Positions 18,239 through 28,450 of a DNA stretch of 61,994 nt are shown in pieces. Within the stretch, counting starts at the first letter, position 1, and every line of letters starts with the position of its first letter. The notes under the pieces were generated by a model. That model was not told the DNA's origin and did not search any database. It saw nothing but the letters and a program-made list of their open reading frames with translations. The translations under genes were made by a program, and so were the position numbers. Source of the stretch: Chitinophagales bacterium. Its GTDB lineage: Bacteria; Bacteroidota; Bacteroidia; Chitinophagales; JADIYW01. The stretch covers positions 1-61,994 of the forward strand of contig DAORIK010000002.1 in the NCBI GenBank assembly GCA_035438465.1. Direction: 5' to 3'.

Positions 18239-19792
18239 TTAATATTGAAACAGAACAAACTGAAGGTTACGCTTTTGTTCACTTGGGAAAATAATACTAT
18301 GACCATCCAATTGTTTCGCTTTTAATGGAACCATTACTAATTCCTGTTTTTCACTATTCATAACACTCACACGCTTTGTCAGACCATTCGGGTTTACATT
18401 ATATTCAACAAAATTTCCAATTTTATAAAAATCTTCGTTATATAAAAATTTTAGAACATTATTAGACTCAAAGAAAGCAAAGGAAGAATAATATCCATCA
18501 TCATTCTCAGATATTTGTGCCTTAGGCATGTTGGTCTGCCAATCCAGACTTCCATCAATATTAATTGAAAAAACACCTATATCGAAATACTGGTTGAGGT
18601 CAATATATTTTACGGAAGGCATAAAAGGTGCTGAATTAAAATAGCCTAAACTATTTGTCGTTAAACGTTCTGATTTTGTAAATCTGTATTCCCCTTCCGT
18701 AACTAAAACAAATCCACCATCGCTGCGCGGCACAATACGTTTGGGTTTTACCAATGTTGCTTTATCCTGCCATGTTTTAAATTCATTGGTCTGCGATTTC
18801 TTTAAAATTTCATCCGTAAATGGCATTCTGGAATTCAATAAAACAGTGTTTGTTCTGAAATCAATTATCTGATAATAAATGCCGATGTCATTTTTATTTT
18901 TGGTGCTCTTATAGCTGGCAGCAATATATGCTATATCTCGCTGTGTACTTACTTCGCTTATCAAGTTCTTAAATACATAATTCTGATTTTCCAACACCTG
19001 CTCTGATATGGTATTTGTAGTTCGGTTAAATATAAGTGTTGTATATTTCTCATAATCATAATCATCGTTTCCTGTGTTATTTTCAGCACCTATAATTGCA
19101 ATTACATTTCCCTGATTATTAATTTTAATAGATTTTAAACTCGATACTTCTCCGTTTTCAGTTACTGAAAATAAATTCCTGTTTAATATCTTAATGGAGT
19201 CGCTTAAGACAGCAAACCTTACAAAATAAGATGATTTTGTTTTCAGCATGCTGAATGTCAGAATTTTTGTTTTATCCGGAGATGTTTTAATGTAAAATGC
19301 TTTCCCTTTTCCAATACTTGCTTGTGGAATAGAATCTAATACAATCACATCATCCTGAATATTCAGTTTTTTATCTAATATCTTTAATTTAAAATATTGA
19401 TATACATCTCCGTTTGTGGTGTAGAAGGCTAAAATTTTATCCTTCAGCAGAATTAAATTTTCCAGCGTTACTCCTTTTCCTTTAAAGGGCAATTCTTTTC
19501 TGTTATCAATTCTTAACCTATCATCATACGTTACTATTTCACTTTCATTTGCACCAAAGTAATGCACCACTACTCCTAAATCATTTTTACCAACAATCTC
19601 ATAATCAGAGAAACGGTTTGAAACTTTGTCGGGAAAGGATTTAGTGATAGTTTGTGCATTTGAGTGTACAGTAAAAAGCAGGCAGTAAGCAGTAAATAAT
19701 TGTATAATCAGAGAATTATAGAATTGAAGAATATCTTTAATCTTTTTAAGAATGATATTTCTTTTATTGTATTTCATTGTATAATTCTCCAA
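18239..19792 (-). CDS. Secreted beta-rich hypothetical protein (possible beta-propeller); alternative ATG at 19777
   Basis: Signal-like N-terminus ending SNA|QT; beta-strand-rich mature part. Confidence 0.65.
   Translation of the reverse strand: MENYTMKYNKRNIILKKIKDILQFYNSLIIQLFTAYCLLFTVHSNAQTITKSFPDKVSNRFSDYEIVGKNDLGVVVHYFGANESEIVTYDDRLRIDNRKELPFKGKGVTLENLILLKDKILAFYTTNGDVYQYFKLKILDKKLNIQDDVIVLDSIPQASIGKGKAFYIKTSPDKTKILTFSMLKTKSSYFVRFAVLSDSIKILNRNLFSVTENGEVSSLKSIKINNQGNVIAIIGAENNTGNDDYDYEKYTTLIFNRTTNTISEQVLENQNYVFKNLISEVSTQRDIAYIAASYKSTKNKNDIGIYYQIIDFRTNTVLLNSRMPFTDEILKKSQTNEFKTWQDKATLVKPKRIVPRSDGGFVLVTEGEYRFTKSERLTTNSLGYFNSAPFMPSVKYIDLNQYFDIGVFSINIDGSLDWQTNMPKAQISENDDGYYSSFAFFESNNVLKFLYNEDFYKIGNFVEYNVNPNGLTKRVSVMNSEKQELVMVPLKAKQLDGHSIIFPSEQKRNLQFVLFQY
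19668..19731. repeat. 7-mer and 8-mer tracts encoding the signal-peptide region of 18239..19792
   Basis: ACAGTAA AAAGCAG GCAGTAA GCAGTAA (19668-19695); GAATTATA GAATTGAA (19713-19728). Confidence 0.65.
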
Positions 19793-19807
19793 TTCTTAAT
19801 CCAACAA

Positions 19808-21043
19808 TTATTTCTTTTGTCTTGGGTCTAGTGCATCCGTTAAGCCTTCACCAATTAAGTTAAACAATGTAACCGTCAGGAAAATTGCAAAACCCGGGAA
19901 GATGGCTACCCATAATTGAGAGCGACCGCCTTGTGCCAGTGATAACAATTTCCCCCATGTTAATGTTTCCGGGGGGATTCCTAATCCTATAAACGATAAA
20001 AACGACTCTGTTAGTATAGCAGCAGCAATACCAAATGCGATAGTTATTAAAACCGGTGAAAGCGCATTGGGAATAGCATGCTTTAACAAAATACGCCATT
20101 TGGGAAAACCTAATGCTTCAGATGCTTCAATGTATTCTAAGCTCCTGATTTTTAACAACTCAGCTCTGATAAAACGTGCTATCTCTGTCCAGGAAGTTAA
20201 CCCAATAACCACCATTACCATAAATATACTTGGTTTTGAAATGGCGACCACTGCAATAATTAAAAATAAACGGGGAATCGACACCAATACTTCTATCATG
20301 CGTTGCACAATAATATCTAAAGGGAGGCTGGTTTTTGGCGCCAAGAATGGAATCTTCTTAAGAATTCTTGAAATCAAAAATCCTATGAACAAACATAGTA
20401 TGAAAACAAAAATTCCTGTAAATAAACCATGAACTGCATTCGCATAAAACAAACCTAACCCTGCAGAAAGCAAACCCATCAATAAAGATGCACGTGAAAT
20501 TTGTATGCCTTTGTCACCAAAGAAACCTGCTAATGAGCCCAACAAGATACCAATAACACTGGCAATAGACATGGAAATCAAACCAATAATAAATGCAATT
20601 CGGGTTCCATGAATTAAGGCCGATAAAATATCTCTGCCGATGCCTTCAGTGCCGAGCCAGTGACGCCAGCGGATAGACGGAACATCCTGCTTTCCGAATG
20701 GCGAAACAAAACCGAAATTCAATATATCCTGCGATGTCGGTGAATATGGAATCAAAGGACGAATGGCAAAATCAAATTTGGTATCTGTCCAAATGATATT
20801 ATTTAACTCAGGCGGAAATTTTCCGAGTTTTAACTGAACAGCATACTCTTTGAGAATTGGAAAGTATGTTTTCCCCTGATACGTGCATACTATCGGTTTC
20901 TCGTTTGCTAAAAAATCAGCAAATACAGCTATAAACAACATGAACATTACTACATACAAAGAAAATAATGCACGTTTATTTTTTCTGAATTGACGTTTTA
21001 CATACGACCAGTAATCTTGTTTTATTTCTCGATTAGTACTCAA
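19808..21043 (-). CDS. Peptide/nickel ABC transporter permease (OppC/DppC-like)
   Basis: HWLGTEGIGRD, EYIEASEALG EAA loop, KHAIPNALSP, ESFLSFIGLG. Confidence 0.93.
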   Translation of the reverse strand: MSTNREIKQDYWSYVKRQFRKNKRALFSLYVVMFMLFIAVFADFLANEKPIVCTYQGKTYFPILKEYAVQLKLGKFPPELNNIIWTDTKFDFAIRPLIPYSPTSQDILNFGFVSPFGKQDVPSIRWRHWLGTEGIGRDILSALIHGTRIAFIIGLISMSIASVIGILLGSLAGFFGDKGIQISRASLLMGLLSAGLGLFYANAVHGLFTGIFVFILCLFIGFLISRILKKIPFLAPKTSLPLDIIVQRMIEVLVSIPRLFLIIAVVAISKPSIFMVMVVIGLTSWTEIARFIRAELLKIRSLEYIEASEALGFPKWRILLKHAIPNALSPVLITIAFGIAAAILTESFLSFIGLGIPPETLTWGKLLSLAQGGRSQLWVAIFPGFAIFLTVTLFNLIGEGLTDALDPRQKK

Positions 21044-21048
21044 TGCTT

Positions 21049-22467
21049 TTATTTTTTGTTGTATGAAATTCTTGGATCCACCACTGCGTATAAAATATCT
21101 GCGACCAAATAACCCACTAACGTTAAAATAGCAGAAAACATTACTATAGTATATACCACCGGATAATTACGTGCAACCAATGCTTCGTAAGCCGTCTTGC
21201 CCATTCCCGGTATAGAGAAAATTAACTCCAATGCAACAGCTCCGCTGATGGCTAATGGAAATACATTGGCGAATAAAGTAATGATGGGTAATAATGAATT
21301 TTTGATGGCATGTTTCCATAAAACTTTTTCCTCATCTAATCCTTTTGCGCGTGCTGTACGCACATAATCCTGCGATAATGAATTTACCATAGCACCACGC
21401 ATTTGCCGCGATATAAATGCTAAACCTCCATAGGTATAACAGATTATCGGTAAAGTCAGATGCCAGACATAATTAGTAAACTTGGCAAAGAATGACATAT
21501 TTTCTGTGGATTGCGGCACGCCAAAAGATGGAAATAAGTTGAAGAAATCACCACCTCCAAAAAACATAATTAACAGAGTAGCTACCCAGAAACTCGGCAA
21601 GGAATATAAAATAAACAAGCTGGTAGAAATGGTTTGGTCTTTCATACTACCTTTATTAGCTGCAGAGACAATACCTAACGGAATTGCAATCAAATAGGTT
21701 AAGAATATAGAAATGATACTCAATAAAACTGTCCATCGGATGGCTTCCCAGATTACTGTTTTTACCGGTTTTTCATCCTGATAAGAAATGCCAAAATCGC
21801 CTTTCATAAATTTAGTAATCCATTGGTGATATTGGTTTCTGAAACCATACCAATGTATTGCCGGAATAAATTTCTTAGATACAGTTGGTTTACTTACAAC
21901 CTCTTTATACAAATTCTCTGTTTTAGTAATTTGTGCAGACAACACACTTAAATTTTCTGCAACTTTTGTTTGTGTTTGCATATCTTTCAAAGCAAGCTGA
22001 ACTGCATTATCATCAGACTCGACAAATAATTGCTGAATATCTGCTTTTATCGTAATGATGGCATCTGCATTTACAGAATCACTCTCTACATTCCCGATAG
22101 CAACATCCAACTCTTTTAAAGAATTGTAATAGGTATTGATTTCATTCCAGTTGCCATATTTATCTATAAGTTTAGTTAAATTCTCTCTGTGAAATTTTTT
22201 CGGAATGGCATATAAATCTTTGGGCGTTGCCTGATTGGATATAGTGAAATAAAAAGTGGGCAAATCTAGTCCAAGCTGTTTGCGCTTGGCTATGTATGCT
22301 TTTTCAGCTGCCTGTGCTTTTGCAGAACTTCCCATTTCGCTGTTGGAGTTCAGCATTTGTTCTACCGGATCGCCGGGCACGTTCGTACTTAAAAAGAACG
22401 TAAGCAACGATATAATAAATAACGTTGGAATAAATAGTAAAATTCTTTTAAAAATATATTTTAACAT
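21049..22467 (-). CDS. Peptide/nickel ABC transporter permease (OppB/DppB-like) with enlarged periplasmic loop
   Basis: PGDPVE, GDFGISY, DYVRTARAKGL, KHAIKNSLLP. Confidence 0.93.
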   Translation of the reverse strand: MLKYIFKRILLFIPTLFIISLLTFFLSTNVPGDPVEQMLNSNSEMGSSAKAQAAEKAYIAKRKQLGLDLPTFYFTISNQATPKDLYAIPKKFHRENLTKLIDKYGNWNEINTYYNSLKELDVAIGNVESDSVNADAIITIKADIQQLFVESDDNAVQLALKDMQTQTKVAENLSVLSAQITKTENLYKEVVSKPTVSKKFIPAIHWYGFRNQYHQWITKFMKGDFGISYQDEKPVKTVIWEAIRWTVLLSIISIFLTYLIAIPLGIVSAANKGSMKDQTISTSLFILYSLPSFWVATLLIMFFGGGDFFNLFPSFGVPQSTENMSFFAKFTNYVWHLTLPIICYTYGGLAFISRQMRGAMVNSLSQDYVRTARAKGLDEEKVLWKHAIKNSLLPIITLFANVFPLAISGAVALELIFSIPGMGKTAYEALVARNYPVVYTIVMFSAILTLVGYLVADILYAVVDPRISYNKK

Positions 22468-22485
22468 ATTGTAATTCTCTTAAAA

Positions 22486-24264
22486 TTAATTCTCTACTTT
22501 ATATCCTTTTTTAACTCTGAATCCTGCAAACCAAACGCCTGGATATGCTGATGGTCCTGCATTAATGTTTTCAAATCTGTTGTGTACACAGTCTCTGTAT
22601 TTTTGAACGTATAAAAAGATATATGGCACTTGTTCATGTTCCATTACCTGCATTTGATAATATAATTCTTTTCGTTTATTTACATCAAACTCTTCCCGAA
22701 TCTCATCTAATAATTTATCGGTTTTGGCATTGCCGAAACTCATATAATTAGAACCCCCGTTTGCGGCTGATGTATGGAAAAGTTGCTTGTTGTCATCCAA
22801 ACCCGGGCTGCTTACCCAACCCTGATACCACATCTGGCAATTGTGCTTTTTCAATTCATCCTGATATAATGACCATTCCAACGATTTGATAGTTAAATTA
22901 ATACCTACCTGATGAAACGAGCGTTGCATCAGCAACCCAACCATTTCTCTTAAACTGTTTCCGCTGTTATAGTTATAAGTGACTTCAAAATCTGTTTTCT
23001 TTCCATCTATAATTTTATCTAAAACGCCGTCACCATCTGAATCTTTCCAGCCTGCTTCTTTTAATAATGCTTTTCCTTTCTCTATATCAAATGGATAAGG
23101 TTTAATAGCAGGGTTTATTAAATTCTTTTTCATCGGCAGAATAGTGCTGTTGGTACGCACCCCTTTATTGTAAATTACTTTTTCCACCATTTGGTCTACA
23201 TTCGTTAAGTAACACAATGCTTGTCGTACTTTTACATCACTCAGTATTTTGTCTTTATGGTTTAAACCTATTGCCTGATAAGCTAATTGAACCGGTTCTA
23301 CTTTATAAAAATTCTTTTTGAATTTTGGTGAATTATCTAAATCCACATAATCTTTTACCGGAGTTACATAGATAAAATCAAGTTTTTCATTTTTAAGAGC
23401 TGTTAGTGCGGTTGTAAAACTATTGATAGTTACATATACCAATCTTTTCGGATACGCTTCAAAGAAAATATTTTCTTTGTTGATTTTGTCGCCCCACCAG
23501 TTTTTCTTTCTTTCTAAAATTAATCGCTGACCTGTTTCCCAGCTTACAAATTTATAAGCACCTGATCCCTGTACAAATGCAGCCTCACGCATAGTTTGCT
23601 GCGAATTGAAAAAATCTGAAAATTCTTTAACATTCTCATCGTCTGCACATTTTGGATTTTCTACCGTTAATTCAGTAATTGTGTATTTTTTCAGTAACCC
23701 TTTTGCATCGTATACATATTCCGGTAAAATATTTATCTCATAACCTGTTCCTTCTACGGCACCAATATTTTTATTACAAATCACTGTATATTTTTTCGGA
23801 TCCTCAGGATAGGTTCTAATATCTTTAACATAATCAACTGCTGATTTTATGTTATCTGAATTTACTTTCGGACAAAGAATGGCTTTATAGGAAAAAATTA
23901 CATCTTTCGCTGTTACGGGCGTACCGTTGTCCCATACGGCTTCCGGTCTGATTTCATAAGTGATTTCCAATCCGTCTCCAACTTCCTTTACTTCCGGTAA
24001 ACTTTTTGCTAAAACGGGTTTTAATTCCATGGTTTGTAAATCATAATACAACATAGATTGCATTATATTTGGAATTACATACCTTCTTGAAGTAGCATCT
24101 GATACAGTATAAGGATTTAAGCCGGTGGCATCAGATAAAACATGAATGTTTAATTCGTCTTTATATACTTTTGAAGAATTCCCGGTATTACTTACAAACG
24201 CACTTAAAACTACTATCGATAAGAAAATAAACAATGTGGTGTATAGTGTGTTTTTAATAGACAT
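22486..24264 (-). CDS. Family 5 ABC solute-binding protein (copy A)
   Basis: YEIRPEAVWDNGTPVTAKDVIFS, GSGAYKFVSWETG, KVRQAL motifs. Confidence 0.9.
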   Translation of the reverse strand: MSIKNTLYTTLFIFLSIVVLSAFVSNTGNSSKVYKDELNIHVLSDATGLNPYTVSDATSRRYVIPNIMQSMLYYDLQTMELKPVLAKSLPEVKEVGDGLEITYEIRPEAVWDNGTPVTAKDVIFSYKAILCPKVNSDNIKSAVDYVKDIRTYPEDPKKYTVICNKNIGAVEGTGYEINILPEYVYDAKGLLKKYTITELTVENPKCADDENVKEFSDFFNSQQTMREAAFVQGSGAYKFVSWETGQRLILERKKNWWGDKINKENIFFEAYPKRLVYVTINSFTTALTALKNEKLDFIYVTPVKDYVDLDNSPKFKKNFYKVEPVQLAYQAIGLNHKDKILSDVKVRQALCYLTNVDQMVEKVIYNKGVRTNSTILPMKKNLINPAIKPYPFDIEKGKALLKEAGWKDSDGDGVLDKIIDGKKTDFEVTYNYNSGNSLREMVGLLMQRSFHQVGINLTIKSLEWSLYQDELKKHNCQMWYQGWVSSPGLDDNKQLFHTSAANGGSNYMSFGNAKTDKLLDEIREEFDVNKRKELYYQMQVMEHEQVPYIFLYVQKYRDCVHNRFENINAGPSAYPGVWFAGFRVKKGYKVEN

Positions 24265-24284
24265 GAAATAAGCTGATTATCTTA

Positions 24285-24292
24285 CAAATGTA
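24285..24292 (-). promoter_or_regulatory. -7 promoter box (TACATTTG) between the two SBP genes
   Basis: TAnnTTTG match 20 nt upstream of the copy A start. Confidence 0.55.
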
Positions 24293-24356
24293 ATAGATTT
24301 TAGATATAATTGTATGTACATAAAACCTAAATATACATATGTTGTTGGTTTAAATC

Positions 24357-26129
24357 CTAATCTGTAACCTTATAACCATTTTTTACTTTAAATCCGGCAA
24401 ACCAAACGCCCGGATAGCCTGCAGAGCCTTCGTGAATGTTTTGAAACCGATTATGTATACAGTTTCTGTATTTCTGCACATATAAAAAGATGTAAGGGAT
24501 TTGCTCATGTTCTACCACTTGCCATTGATAATATAATGCTTTTCGTTTTGTGAAATCCATTTCCACCCTGATGTCATCTAATAATTTATCAGTTTTGGCA
24601 TTTCCAAAACTACCGTAATTAGATCCACCATTGGCTGAACCTGTATGAAAAGTTTGTTTATTATCATCTACTCCCGGCGTTTTATTCCAGGATGCGTACC
24701 AAAGTTGGCAATTGTGTTTTTTTAATTCATCCAGATAAAGCGACCATTCTAAAGATTTCAGCGTAAGGGTTATTCCTGCCTGATAGAACGCGCGTTGCAT
24801 CAATAAACCAATCATTTCTCGCAATGGATTCGTATTGTAAGTATACGTAAGTTCAAAATCAGTTTTCTTACCATCCATTATTTTATCTAAAACGCCATCT
24901 CCATCTGTATCTTTCCAACCCGCTTCATTTAATAATAGTATCGCAATTTTTATATCATGCGGATATGGCTGAATATTCGGATTGATAATATCTTTTTTTA
25001 TGGGCAAAATGGAACTATTTGTTCTTACACCATAACCAAGTATCACCTTACTTATAAGCTGGTCAACATTTATCAAATAACAAAGAGCTTGTCGCACTTT
25101 TACATCTTTTAATATCTTATCTTTATGATTAATGCCGATTGCTGCATATGATAACATTGGTGCCTCTGATTTATAAAAATTTTCTTTGAATTTTGGTGAA
25201 TAATCCAAATCTTTATATTCTTTCACCGGCGACACTAACATGAAATCTAATTTTTCATCTTTCAATGCCGTAAGAGCAGTGTTAGTATTGGTTATAGTCG
25301 TAAAAACTATTTTCTTCGGATACGCTTCAAAATATTGGTTCTTTTCTTTTAGCCGGTCGCACCACCAATGTTGCTTTCTTTCAATCACTACATTTTTTCC
25401 TGTTTCCCAACATATTAATTTATAAGCACCTGAACCTTTAACAAAATCAGGGTCGCGCAATGTCTTTTGTGAGTTAAAAAAATCAGAAAATTCTTGCACT
25501 GCTTCATCGTCTGTACACTTTGGTTTTTCTGCAACTAATTCAGGAATATTGTATTTTCTCAGCAAATGTTTTGCATCGTAAATATATTCAGGTATAATCA
25601 TCACATCTGTACCTGTACTTTCAAGTATTCCAATATTTTGCGTACAGATTATAGTATACTTTCTTGGATTGTCGACATATGTTCTGATGTCTTTCACAAA
25701 ATCCAATCCTGGCTTTAGATTATCAGAATTTACTTTTGGGCAAAAAATTGCTTTATAGGAAAACAATACATCATTAACTGTAATTGCTGTGCCATTGTCC
25801 CAAACTGCCTCCGGTCTTATTTCATAAGTAATCTCAACTAAATTACCTGTATTTCTTATTTCCGGCATTTTTGTGGCTAATACAGGTACTAATTGAAGTG
25901 ATTTATAATCATAGGCCAGCATGCTTTGCATAATATTTAATAGCATAAAACTTCTCGAAGTAGCATCTACTACAGTTACGGGATTCAAGCCTTTTGCATC
26001 AGCTATTAGATGTACTTTCAATTCATCTTTATATGTCTTAATCTTATTTTGTTGATTGAAGATTGCACTTAAAACTACAATCATCAGTAAAATAAACAAA
26101 ATACAGTTTATAGCGTTTTTGATAGACAT
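24357..26129 (-). CDS. Family 5 ABC solute-binding protein (copy B, tandem paralog)
   Basis: Colinear with copy A from MSIKN to YPGVWFAGF.VK.GYKV. Confidence 0.9.
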   Translation of the reverse strand: MSIKNAINCILFILLMIVVLSAIFNQQNKIKTYKDELKVHLIADAKGLNPVTVVDATSRSFMLLNIMQSMLAYDYKSLQLVPVLATKMPEIRNTGNLVEITYEIRPEAVWDNGTAITVNDVLFSYKAIFCPKVNSDNLKPGLDFVKDIRTYVDNPRKYTIICTQNIGILESTGTDVMIIPEYIYDAKHLLRKYNIPELVAEKPKCTDDEAVQEFSDFFNSQKTLRDPDFVKGSGAYKLICWETGKNVVIERKQHWWCDRLKEKNQYFEAYPKKIVFTTITNTNTALTALKDEKLDFMLVSPVKEYKDLDYSPKFKENFYKSEAPMLSYAAIGINHKDKILKDVKVRQALCYLINVDQLISKVILGYGVRTNSSILPIKKDIINPNIQPYPHDIKIAILLLNEAGWKDTDGDGVLDKIMDGKKTDFELTYTYNTNPLREMIGLLMQRAFYQAGITLTLKSLEWSLYLDELKKHNCQLWYASWNKTPGVDDNKQTFHTGSANGGSNYGSFGNAKTDKLLDDIRVEMDFTKRKALYYQWQVVEHEQIPYIFLYVQKYRNCIHNRFQNIHEGSAGYPGVWFAGFKVKNGYKVTD

Positions 26130-26169
26130 ATCTTAAGTTGCTATTTAAAAGTTATATTCATAAATATAA

Positions 26170-27081
26170 TTGAAAACGATGAATAAGGGAAAAGTAATCA
26201 TAACAGGCGGCACCGGTTTAGTTGGGAAGCAATTAACCAAGCTGTTAATTTCCGGAAACTATGAAGTAAATATTTTATGCAGAAATCCCAATAAAGCAAA
26301 TGAATACAAATGGAATATAGAAACAGGATTTATTGATCAAAAAGTATTTGAAAATGCAGCAGCCATTATACATTTAGCCGGCGCAGGGGTGGCAGACAAA
26401 CGATGGACAAATGAAAGAAAAAGAGAAATTATCGAAAGTCGCATCAAATCAGCGCAATTAATACATAGCTACTTAGAAACAGGAAAATATCCGATTCAAC
26501 ATTTCGTCTCCGCCTCAGCAGTAGGTTTTTATGGCGACAGGGGGAATGTGGTGTTGACAGAGGATTCTTCCGGAGGCACAGGATTTTTAGCTGATGTTTG
26601 TAAGCTTTGGGAAAAAGAAGCAGATACATTTGCTGGCTTGAATATGGCTGTGAGCAAAGTAAGAATAGGCATTGTACTGAGTAAAGATGGCGGTGCATTA
26701 CCGAAATTAGATTTTCCGGTAAAATTTGGAATAGGTGTCTATATCGGAAATGGCAAACAATATGTTCCCTGGATTCATGTTGACGATTTGTGCAACATTT
26801 TTATCTCAATTTTAGAAAATAAAATTAAATCCGGGACTTACAATGGTTGTGCACCTGATATTAAAACAAACAAAGAAATGAGCCAAACCATTGCAAAGGT
26901 TTTGCATAAACCATTTATCCCCGCGCCGGCACCGGCCTTTATATTAAAGACAGTATTAGGCGAGATGGCAACTATGCTTCTCATGAGCAACAATTGCTCT
27001 TGTAAGAAAATACAGGAAACTGGTTTTAAATTTCAATATCCCACGCTTGTGGAAGCTTTAGAGAATATTTATAATTCCTGA
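26170..27081 (+). CDS. TIGR01777-type NAD-dependent epimerase/oxidoreductase (YfcH-like); ATG at 26179 likely
   Basis: ITGGTGLVG, HLAGAGVADKRW, SASAVGFYG, PWIHVDD. Confidence 0.92.
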   Translation: MKTMNKGKVIITGGTGLVGKQLTKLLISGNYEVNILCRNPNKANEYKWNIETGFIDQKVFENAAAIIHLAGAGVADKRWTNERKREIIESRIKSAQLIHSYLETGKYPIQHFVSASAVGFYGDRGNVVLTEDSSGGTGFLADVCKLWEKEADTFAGLNMAVSKVRIGIVLSKDGGALPKLDFPVKFGIGVYIGNGKQYVPWIHVDDLCNIFISILENKIKSGTYNGCAPDIKTNKEMSQTIAKVLHKPFIPAPAPAFILKTVLGEMATMLLMSNNCSCKKIQETGFKFQYPTLVEALENIYNS

Positions 27082-27165
27082 TTACACATTGAAAAATAAA
27101 TTAGCATCGGTTTAGTTTTCAATCATTTATAATTTATTATATTCACGCTACTAAAAAAGCAGGCT

Positions 27166-28443
27166 ATGCGTAATACAATTTTATTTATTTTTTTATTATT
27201 GAGTTTTCTCACTTTTCAATCTTGCAAAAACGAAGGCAAAAAAGCAGGTGACACAGAAGGTTTTATTTTTGATGAAAAAATCCAAAAAGAATTTCAGGAA
27301 AAACTGATTTTGGTAGAAGATGGCGGCACCGTAGAATTGCCGGAAGGAAAATTCCTCTTCAAAAAAGCACTTTCTATGGAAGGGAAAAAAAATGTAACTA
27401 TTAAAGGTGCCGGTACGCAAAAAACCATTCTGTCTTTTTTAGGACAAACAGAAGGTGCTGAAGGTATAAATATTTCCAACTGTCAAAATGTTACCTTGGA
27501 AAATTTTACGGTGCAGGATGCAAAAGGGGATAATATAAAACTAAAAGGTTGTGACGGCGTACATATTCACCATATGAATTCTACCTGGACAACCGGTGCA
27601 GACACCTCCAATGGTAACTATGGTTACTATCCTGTAGAGTGCAGAAACGTTTTAATGGAGTACAACGAAGTTTCGTATTGCGCCGATGCCGGTGTATACA
27701 TCGGACAATCAACAAATGTTACCATTCACCACTGTTATGCGCACCACAATGTAGCCGGCATAGAAATTGAAAACTGCATTAATTCTGATATTTATAAAAA
27801 CAAAGCAGAAAATAATTCAGGAGGCATTTTAGTATTCGATTTACCAAAATTATTTCAGGCAAATGGCAGAAACGCAAAAGTATGGGATAATGAGTGTATT
27901 GAAAATAATTTTCAAAATTTCGGAAAACCGGGCAGCATTGTTGCTTCTATTCCACCCGGCTCCGGTATGATTATAATGGCTACCGATAGTGTGGATGTAT
28001 TTAATAACAGAATTATTAACAACAAAACAATTGGCATTGCAACGGTAAGTTATTACATGACAGGCAAACAGTTAAATGATTCCACTTACGGACCATATTG
28101 TACTTCTATTTTTATACATGATAATAAATTTGAAAGAAAATTAGCAGTACCTGATTTGTCGACCGATTTAGGAAAATTACTAACCGCAACTTTTAAAGGT
28201 TCGCTGGATATTTTTGTGGATGGCTCTGCTGATCCAAAAATCAGAGATAAAAACGGACAATTACCGGAAGGTAAGAAAATATGTATCCGAAATAACGGCG
28301 ATGTGAAATTCGGAAACTTAAACGCCTGGAAAACTCATGGCCGTGAAGATATTATGAATTATAAAGATAACGACATAACTAAATTTGACTGCAGTTATAC
28401 AGGAATAAACGGAAATGGTTTAAATCCAAAGGATGCTAAATAA
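27166..28443 (+). CDS. Parallel beta-helix lipoprotein (TIGR03805-like), copy 1
   Basis: Lipobox FQSC; GNYGYYPVEC, DAGVYIGQS, HHNVAGIEIENC, NNSGGILVFDLP. Confidence 0.85.
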   Translation: MRNTILFIFLLLSFLTFQSCKNEGKKAGDTEGFIFDEKIQKEFQEKLILVEDGGTVELPEGKFLFKKALSMEGKKNVTIKGAGTQKTILSFLGQTEGAEGINISNCQNVTLENFTVQDAKGDNIKLKGCDGVHIHHMNSTWTTGADTSNGNYGYYPVECRNVLMEYNEVSYCADAGVYIGQSTNVTIHHCYAHHNVAGIEIENCINSDIYKNKAENNSGGILVFDLPKLFQANGRNAKVWDNECIENNFQNFGKPGSIVASIPPGSGMIIMATDSVDVFNNRIINNKTIGIATVSYYMTGKQLNDSTYGPYCTSIFIHDNKFERKLAVPDLSTDLGKLLTATFKGSLDIFVDGSADPKIRDKNGQLPEGKKICIRNNGDVKFGNLNAWKTHGREDIMNYKDNDITKFDCSYTGINGNGLNPKDAK

Positions 28444-28450
28444 TTGAGTT

